A program made the translations under genes and the position numbers. This document shows, piece by piece, positions 57,531-64,000 of a DNA stretch of 64,000 nucleotides (position 1 is the stretch's first letter; each line of letters starts with the position of its first letter). Where the stretch lies: NCBI GenBank assembly GCA_963674825.1, contig OY771587.1, forward strand, positions 1,248,001 through 1,312,000, written 5' to 3'. The notes under the pieces are model-generated. The model was given only the letters and a program-made list of their open reading frames with translations. It did no database searches and was not told the DNA's origin. The stretch is from Candidatus Cloacimonadales bacterium (GTDB lineage: Bacteria; Cloacimonadota; Cloacimonadia; Cloacimonadales; JAIOQZ01).

Positions 57531-59030
57531 ATGAAAAAGTCAATGCTGTTGCTCACAATGCTGTTCACACTACTATCTATCGCGCAATTGAACGCGGAAC
57601 TCATCTATTCCGTGGACTACACCGGTACAGTACAGCTCCCGGGGACGGATTACCTGCACATGGATCAGTCTATCGACGGTTCACCGCTACGATTCTGGTG
57701 GCTGTCTGTCACAGCCGATTCGCTGCAAGCCTCGCACGTCGAACTCGATACGAACGGGAATCTGATTGAGCTATGCGTCGCGCTGTCCGTAGAAAACACA
57801 TACGGATTCACGATGGATCACCAGGCTTGCCAATTCGAACAAATGGGCACCCAAACGAGTCTGCGCTGTATTGTGAGTGACACGCTCGGCGTCTTTCAGT
57901 TCGAAGACGGTGTGTTCAATCGATTCGCAGTGTTCGATCTGGAAAGCCAGTACCATACGAGATCGGACGAAATGCGCGAACAATGGAACGAAGATATCTT
58001 CCTCACCACCGTGGACGACAGGCGTCTATGCAGTTGCAATATCGAAACGGGCATCCTCGATACGTTGATCGCGTTCACCGACTGCGCAGAGATGTCCTTT
58101 ACGACGCTGGGACAGGAATACATACTCCTGTGCATCCAATATCCGGAGTCAACATTTTACCTTTTCGACGCGGATTTCAATCTGCTCGATACCATTGATG
58201 CGCCCCTCGGAGGAGTGCTGGTCACGGATTTCCCTGGATTTTACACGGGTGGTGGTTATATATTGGAGATGTACAACATGGTCATGTACTCAATGGATGA
58301 TTACGTGTGGGTTGAAGACGGTCAACTCTACCATGACGATGCATTCATGGATGATATCGAAGGGGATTGGTCTCGTAACGGCTTCACCGCGCTGGACGAC
58401 GAAACCTTCTTCCACGTCTGGCGTATGGGTGGTTCATCGTCTCGTGTACCCGGCTATTCCATGATCGATCACGAGCTGGAGTATTATGGAGAGACGATTG
58501 ACAACGGCAAGACAATTGCCAGCCTCAATTCATGCCTGGCGATCTTCTCCGCCACCGATTCGCTCAACCAGATCCATATCTGCGACCGAGTCGCCGGCGA
58601 GTTCTTCACGTTCGATGCCAGCGAGGTTCCGCTCGATCCGGCCCGTTACTGGAAGAGCTTCGCGATCGGTCAGAAGCTATTCATCCAGGGCAGCCAGATC
58701 TATCGTTATGATGTTGATTTCACGCACCCGAACGACGACCCGGCCGTTCCTCAGTACGCAAACAGCCTCTCCAACTACCCCAATCCGTTCAATCCCACCA
58801 CCACGATCCATTATTCGATCGCGGAGAACAGCCACGTGACACTCGATGTGTACAACATCCGTGGGCAGCGCGTGATAAAGCTGGTTGACGACCGCCTGCA
58901 AAAGGGCGAGCATTCGGTAGTATGGGACGGCAATGACGATACCGGGAATTCCGTCTCCAGCGGTGTGTATCTCTACCGGATGAAAGCGGGGGATCGTAGC
59001 GAGACAAAGAAGATGATGTTGATGAAATAG
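57531..59030 (+). CDS. Secreted protein of unknown function with FlgD/T9SS-like CTD
   Basis: GGAGG before ATG 57531; signal peptide; NYPNPFNPTT...VYNIRGQ...WDG...SSGVYLYRM...KKMMLMK. Confidence 0.85.
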   Translation: MKKSMLLLTMLFTLLSIAQLNAELIYSVDYTGTVQLPGTDYLHMDQSIDGSPLRFWWLSVTADSLQASHVELDTNGNLIELCVALSVENTYGFTMDHQACQFEQMGTQTSLRCIVSDTLGVFQFEDGVFNRFAVFDLESQYHTRSDEMREQWNEDIFLTTVDDRRLCSCNIETGILDTLIAFTDCAEMSFTTLGQEYILLCIQYPESTFYLFDADFNLLDTIDAPLGGVLVTDFPGFYTGGGYILEMYNMVMYSMDDYVWVEDGQLYHDDAFMDDIEGDWSRNGFTALDDETFFHVWRMGGSSSRVPGYSMIDHELEYYGETIDNGKTIASLNSCLAIFSATDSLNQIHICDRVAGEFFTFDASEVPLDPARYWKSFAIGQKLFIQGSQIYRYDVDFTHPNDDPAVPQYANSLSNYPNPFNPTTTIHYSIAENSHVTLDVYNIRGQRVIKLVDDRLQKGEHSVVWDGNDDTGNSVSSGVYLYRMKAGDRSETKKMMLMK

Positions 59031-59040
59031 ACGCTTTTAT

Positions 59041-59071
59041 AGCCGCCCGTCAATTGATGGGCGGCTTGTTT
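59041..59071 (+). terminator. Terminator hairpin
   Basis: AGCCGCCCGTC-AATT-GATGGGCGGCT-TGTTT. Confidence 0.75.
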
Positions 59072-59143
59072 ACCTTGAAAAGGTATTACTCAGTAATATT
59101 GCTTCGATTTTATATTACAGGAATATTAACGCATGCTGATACG

Positions 59144-59986
59144 TCATGAAAACATGAACCACTTCTTATAAATAGGGGATTGTATTGATTCATCAAACTC
59201 TGCATTCACAAGATCTCTGAATTTCCTTCGATATCCCCTACAGCCATTAATAGAACATCCTAGTGATGTTGCAAAGACAATAATAGACACCGCCAAAAAA
59301 AAGACAAAAAGCAAATTCTCTTCCACTAATATAGTCCCCCAAAAGACTGAGCGAATTTGAGATTGAATCTGAAAATGACTTAAGCAGATAGTGAATGACG
59401 TGATAAGTACTACGGTAATGAATACGTAAAATGCATACTGAAAGGCTCGCAATACATTAGGCGGCTCGATTTTCAACGGATCAAGCAACTGACATTTAGT
59501 ACCGCTTTTCAGTTTTTTTCCTATCTTCTCTATCATCTCACATCCATTGCAGTTAATTGACTTCTTGTTCAGTATTTTCATATATTCTTTAGTACTTTTT
59601 CCGGGATCATTTGCAATTAGATAACTGCAATAGCGATGCCATTTCAACAAAGATGTATCACATATCTCAAGCATACATTCAATTTTATGCATCTGGAATA
59701 AGCAGAAGCGGAACTGATAACCGTGAAGATTACATAGGTGGATACCAAGTAAACTGACTAATATTGCTCCTCCCATAACTAATAACAATACACCTGGGTC
59801 ACTAAAATCATGTTTACCGATATATGCTCCAAAGCCTGTAATAGCCACAATAAAGACGCTGAACTCGGAAATAAAATTATTCTCTCGTTGTAGCATTTCT
59901 TTCCGAAAAGACTCGTGGGTCTGAATCAGAAACGTGTTTCTGGTATCCTGACGCGCAGTTGATACTTCAACGGGGATTCCCATCAT
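59144..59986 (-). CDS. Hypothetical membrane protein (about 4 TM), AT-rich
   Basis: 280-aa ORF with GTGAGG RBS, four hydrophobic stretches, visibly lower GC than its flanks. Confidence 0.65.
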   Translation of the reverse strand: MMGIPVEVSTARQDTRNTFLIQTHESFRKEMLQRENNFISEFSVFIVAITGFGAYIGKHDFSDPGVLLLVMGGAILVSLLGIHLCNLHGYQFRFCLFQMHKIECMLEICDTSLLKWHRYCSYLIANDPGKSTKEYMKILNKKSINCNGCEMIEKIGKKLKSGTKCQLLDPLKIEPPNVLRAFQYAFYVFITVVLITSFTICLSHFQIQSQIRSVFWGTILVEENLLFVFFLAVSIIVFATSLGCSINGCRGYRRKFRDLVNAEFDESIQSPIYKKWFMFS

Positions 59987-60135
59987 ATCCTCACTTGATT
60001 CATTAGAATTTTTATTTTCCCCATTTAATCCTTATTGCGAATAGATTGTCAAGCATGAAAGATTCCACTAAAATTAACCTCTTTTGATTCTCTGACAAGC
60101 CATGCTCATTGGGTACATTGATCCTACCCATATAC

Positions 60136-60167
60136 AAAAACCGCCGGCAGCAAGCTACCGGCGGTTT
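60136..60167 (-). terminator. Rho-independent terminator
   Basis: Minus strand AAACCGCCGGTAG-CTTG-CTGCCGGCGGTTTTT. Confidence 0.85.
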
Positions 60168-60191
60168 CGTTTATCGTTGAGTAGTAGTGGT

Positions 60192-61727
60192 TTACAGATA
60201 GGGGATGTGGCCTCTGCCGACACCTTTGACCCTGCAACCCAGGTTCTTGTAGGTCTTGATCCGTTCGTCGGAGAGGAAGTTGGAGCAATCGACAACAAGC
60301 GGCTTGGTTCCGCAGAGCTCGACCAACTGTTCCGGTGTGAGCGACTTGTAAGCGGCATGGCCCACAGCGAGCACAACCACGTCGGCACCCGCGAGCGTCT
60401 TCTTCATATCCTTCTCGATATATTCCATTTCCATCTCGGGCCAGGTCTCCACATAGACGTCATGGACATTTACTTCCGCCCATTCACCCTTGAGTTCACG
60501 CACCAGCGTCTCGGAGGGAGAATGACGCGTATCGCCCACCTCTTCCAGGTAGGAGACGCCCAGGATCGCGACTTTCACGTCCTTGAGCTCGGGATATTCC
60601 TCTTTGATCAGCTCGATGGTGTGGCGCGGCATGGTGTCGTTGATATTCACCGCGTTGATAGCCACGGAAAGCATATCGTCGATCTCAAAGACATCGCGCA
60701 TTGCCCAGTTTGCCAGCACGGGATCCTTGGTCAGGCAGTATCCACCCACACCGAGGCTAGGCCGCAGCAGGTTGCTGTGCGTCTCACGCTTTCTGATGGC
60801 ATCGCGAACCTTGAACAGGTCAACGCCAACCTTCTCGGCAAATCGTGCCCATTCCAGCGTCAGTGCGATATTGGCGGCGCGATAGGAGTTCTCCATCACC
60901 TTTGCCATTTCGGAGGCGTTGGTGTTATCGAGCTCGGTAAGCGGGAATTCCTTTGTATTGAGGACGTCGGTGAGGAACTTGCGTGCAAGGTCCTTGCTCT
61001 GCTGGTTTACACCAGAGTACACGCGCCAGTAGTCGCGGATGGATTCCACGTAGCGAGCGCCCGGCATCACGCGTTCATAGGAGTGCGCTACCAGCGGAGG
61101 ATATTTATCGGTATCGATACCGCGTTTCTTGAATTCTTCTTCCAGGATGGGCTTCACGATTCGTTCGGATGTTCCAGGCGGAACCGTTGTCTCCACCAGT
61201 ACGAGGCAGTCCGGCTTGATATGCTGACCCAACGTGCGCATGCCATCGCGGAAATGCGTGACATCGCAGTAGCCTTTCTCGGCTTCGCCGAAAGCGGGCT
61301 TGGTCGCATCGAGCTGGATATCGACCACAACAACATCGGCAACTTCATACGCCGTGTTTTCCCATGTTGCGCGAAGGCTTTCTTTCTCTTTCACGCACCG
61401 TTGGAAAATCTGGGGAACTTCGGGATCGGATGAGCTGACTGGCGGTACGCCTGTATTGATGACCGGCGTTTTCCAGAACGACCGGCGCGAGGGACGCTGA
61501 TGACCATGCACGAAATAGATGGCGTCGCCGTTTTCATTGGTTGCATCGGCGATAACGCTCGCCATTACGCAGCCTACGAATCCCATACCCTGGACGGTGA
61601 CGATCTTCCGTCCTCTTTTACGTTGTTCTTCAGTTATACGCAGGATTTCCTGGCGTTCTTTTTGATTCGCTTCCTCGGTAGGAAGTGGATATTTGGTTCC
61701 ATCAGGTGCAATTGAGACGTTCATCAT
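60192..61727 (-). CDS. Nucleotide-sugar (UDP-glucose/GDP-mannose/UDP-HexNAc) dehydrogenase
   Basis: QGMGFVG, ETTVPPGT, ERVMPG, AKVMENSYR, GVGGYCLTKDP, DTRHSP; start ATG 61727 after GGAAGG. Confidence 0.92.
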   Translation of the reverse strand: MMNVSIAPDGTKYPLPTEEANQKERQEILRITEEQRKRGRKIVTVQGMGFVGCVMASVIADATNENGDAIYFVHGHQRPSRRSFWKTPVINTGVPPVSSSDPEVPQIFQRCVKEKESLRATWENTAYEVADVVVVDIQLDATKPAFGEAEKGYCDVTHFRDGMRTLGQHIKPDCLVLVETTVPPGTSERIVKPILEEEFKKRGIDTDKYPPLVAHSYERVMPGARYVESIRDYWRVYSGVNQQSKDLARKFLTDVLNTKEFPLTELDNTNASEMAKVMENSYRAANIALTLEWARFAEKVGVDLFKVRDAIRKRETHSNLLRPSLGVGGYCLTKDPVLANWAMRDVFEIDDMLSVAINAVNINDTMPRHTIELIKEEYPELKDVKVAILGVSYLEEVGDTRHSPSETLVRELKGEWAEVNVHDVYVETWPEMEMEYIEKDMKKTLAGADVVVLAVGHAAYKSLTPEQLVELCGTKPLVVDCSNFLSDERIKTYKNLGCRVKGVGRGHIPYL

Positions 61728-61910
61728 AACTGTTACCTTCCATACTTTTTTTGATAGAAAACGGCGTACCTTACACAACTTCCGCTTCAACAGGCCACAA
61801 GCCTACCTCTAAGAGGGCGAAAATTGTTCTTCGGGAACGATTTCCCGAGTTACGTCATCCAGTTAGGACCATCTCAAACAGGAAATCGTATCGATGAAGC
61901 CACGTCATCA

Positions 61911-63365
61911 TCACATTAACTCATTCACCGCGAATTGAAGAGCTTTGTCAAGTAATTCCTGTGGCGCTTTTCCGATAAATCCATTCTGGATAAGACTATC
62001 GGTCAAACCTCTTGAATAACGGATATCTTTCTCCGCTCTGGCGAATGCTTCTTCGCGCGTCATGGTGATCCGGGCAACACCGTCTTTGATCGCCTGCATC
62101 GCGACATCGGCAGCTTCGTGCGGGAACACGTCCGCTTCGTCCATCGTCGGGATAATATACTCGGGATGGATACCGCGCTTTTCAGCGTAGTTGGCCAGAG
62201 AATTAGCCGCCGCGATCGCCATATTGTCGGTCACTTTGCGGCTCCTGACCATCAACGCACCCTTGAGGATTCCTGGGAAACCCAGCGAGTTATTGACCTG
62301 ATTGGCAAAATCGCCACGTCCGGTCGCCACAATGAACGCACCCGCTTCTTTCGCGGCATAAGGGTAAATCTCCGGTACCGGGTTCGCGCAAGCAAAGATA
62401 ATCGGTTTATCTGCCATAGAGCGTATCCACTCTTTCTTGATACGGTCTGGGCCTGGCTTCGAGAGAGTAATTAAAACATCGGCTCCCTTCATCGCTTCGG
62501 TAAAATCGTTGATTTTCTTCGGGTTCGTGCTCTGGCAAAGCTCCCACTTACGATAGAAGCGCGGATCGGCTTCGATATCGGAACGATCTTTGTTCAGCGA
62601 TCCCTTCGAATCGAACATGATCATGTTTTCCGGGCTTCCACCCGCGGTGATGATGATGCGCGCGATAGTGGTATTGGACGCACCGGCACCCATGAACACG
62701 ATCTTCACTTCGCTCATCTTCTTTCCGGCCAGCTTGACCGCGTTGATCAATCCGGCGAGCGTCACGCAGGCAGTTCCCTGCGCATCGTCGTGCCAAACGG
62801 GGATGTCGCACTCTTCCCGCAGGACGTCGAGTACCTTGTAGCAGTTTGGCTGCGAAATATCTTCGAGGTTTATCGCGCCAAAGCTATGCTGGCAGCGTTT
62901 CACAAACTCTATGATGGTCTCGGGGACCTTCTCGCCTTTATCGTTACGGCTATCGATGCAGAGCGCTGTCGCATCGACACCGCCGAGGTATTTCATCAGA
63001 AAGGCCTTACCTTCCATGACACCCAGACCACCCGGAGGTGTACAATCGCCATCACCCAGTACGCGGGTGGAATCGCTTACAACCGCAACCAGATTACCCC
63101 GGTTGGTGAGGTCAAAGGAGGTTTCGTTATCATCACGGATGGTAGTGGATACTTTGGACACTCCAGGCGTGTACCACACGTTGAACCAGTTGAAGCCAAA
63201 GACACCGGCTTTCGGAATTGTCTGCATCTTTCCGCCATAATGATGGTGCATCAGTTCGGAGAGTTTTTTAAGAAGCAGTGTCTTTCCCTTCGCGATTTGC
63301 TCCTGGCTGAAATCATCAGGGAATACATCGTTGAGATTATCGAGACTTATATTCAACTTCTTCAT
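61911..63365 (-). CDS. NAD(P)-dependent malic enzyme
   Basis: YTPGV, VLGDGD, VMEGKA, INLEDI, WHDDAQGT, GAGA, FACANPVPE, ATGRGD..NQVNN. Confidence 0.95.
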   Translation of the reverse strand: MKKLNISLDNLNDVFPDDFSQEQIAKGKTLLLKKLSELMHHHYGGKMQTIPKAGVFGFNWFNVWYTPGVSKVSTTIRDDNETSFDLTNRGNLVAVVSDSTRVLGDGDCTPPGGLGVMEGKAFLMKYLGGVDATALCIDSRNDKGEKVPETIIEFVKRCQHSFGAINLEDISQPNCYKVLDVLREECDIPVWHDDAQGTACVTLAGLINAVKLAGKKMSEVKIVFMGAGASNTTIARIIITAGGSPENMIMFDSKGSLNKDRSDIEADPRFYRKWELCQSTNPKKINDFTEAMKGADVLITLSKPGPDRIKKEWIRSMADKPIIFACANPVPEIYPYAAKEAGAFIVATGRGDFANQVNNSLGFPGILKGALMVRSRKVTDNMAIAAANSLANYAEKRGIHPEYIIPTMDEADVFPHEAADVAMQAIKDGVARITMTREEAFARAEKDIRYSRGLTDSLIQNGFIGKAPQELLDKALQFAVNELM

Positions 63366-63384
63366 CGATAGCTCCTTATGTTTT

Positions 63385-64000
63385 TCAGAGTATGGTTCCC
63401 TCGTAGTGAGCGGTTAGCTGTTTTGCTTTCACATGATCGGGAATGTAGTCGGGCAGCACCATGGGTGACACGGTATTTCTGTCAATCCCCAATTCCTCTG
63501 CTTCCTTATTATATTTATGAACATGATCCAGTGTCAGCGTTCCATGCTCAACCCCTTCCGAGACTCGCTTGGCAGCGTTGATACCTGCACGTCTTCCAAA
63601 TACGATGATATCGAGTTGGGAATTACCCATCAGACGATTGCGTCCATGCACACCGCCACTGGCTTCACCCGCAACATACAAGCCGGGGATCGAGGTCTCC
63701 GATTTCTCGTTGATCTCCAACCCTCCATTCTGGTAATGCAGCGTAGGATAGACCAGCATGGGGTACTTGGTGATATCGATATCGAAGCGCTTATATTGCC
63801 GAAGCATGGCGGGTAAGTTCCTCTCGATGGTGCCCGATCCGCTAAGCTCTTCGATCAGAGGCGAATCGAGCCAGATACCGTATAGGCCGGATGGTGTCTG
63901 AACGCCGAGGTTACGCTCCTTGCATTCGCGTATGAATGCCGATGCTTCGATGTCGCGCGGTTCCAACGGGTAAACGAACAGCTCTCCCTGGTTGTTGACC
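63385..64000 (-). CDS. Fumarate reductase/succinate dehydrogenase-type flavoprotein, C-terminal part (5' end beyond window)
   Basis: Frame open to the edge (VNNQGELFVYPLEPRD); HYQNGG, GLYVAGE, GVHGRNRLMGNS, FGRRAG. Confidence 0.85.
   Translation of the reverse strand, partial: VNNQGELFVYPLEPRDIEASAFIRECKERNLGVQTPSGLYGIWLDSPLIEELSGSGTIERNLPAMLRQYKRFDIDITKYPMLVYPTLHYQNGGLEINEKSETSIPGLYVAGEASGGVHGRNRLMGNSQLDIIVFGRRAGINAAKRVSEGVEHGTLTLDHVHKYNKEAEELGIDRNTVSPMVLPDYIPDHVKAKQLTAHYEGTIL

Overview
Chromosomal segment of an anaerobic diderm bacterium, most likely Candidatus Cloacimonadota (inferred from gene content: many NPFNP/FlgD-Ig T9SS-A-like C-terminal-domain (CTD) proteins, a PorV-like gene, a transcarboxylase-type operon). 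Bases 1-40200 are mostly housekeeping and envelope genes: purC, polysaccharide glycosyltransferases and flippase, carboxyltransferase operon, cheR-cheY-HDOD-cheX, mltB-like, tyrS, pcrA/uvrD, dxr, wzz/wzy, tldD/E, cdd, trxB. Bases 40300-59100 hold six secreted CTD proteins that show signs of modular exchange. These signs are a 411-bp direct repeat (CTD + hairpin array + terminator) bracketing one gene, AT-rich passenger segments fused to host-like ends, and paralogues with swapped middles or CTDs. The window ends with a low-GC orphan membrane gene, a nucleotide-sugar dehydrogenase, malic enzyme and a partial fumarate-reductase-type flavoprotein. Non-coding highlights are two homologous covarying long hairpins (13913 and 22230), several REP-like families including C-GNA-G triloop hairpins, a duplicated palindrome, and recurrent TTGACA-16bp-TAnnnT promoters. 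No rRNA, tRNA, CRISPR array, transposase, integrase or reverse transcriptase was recognised. All calls come from reading motifs by eye; no database search was run.
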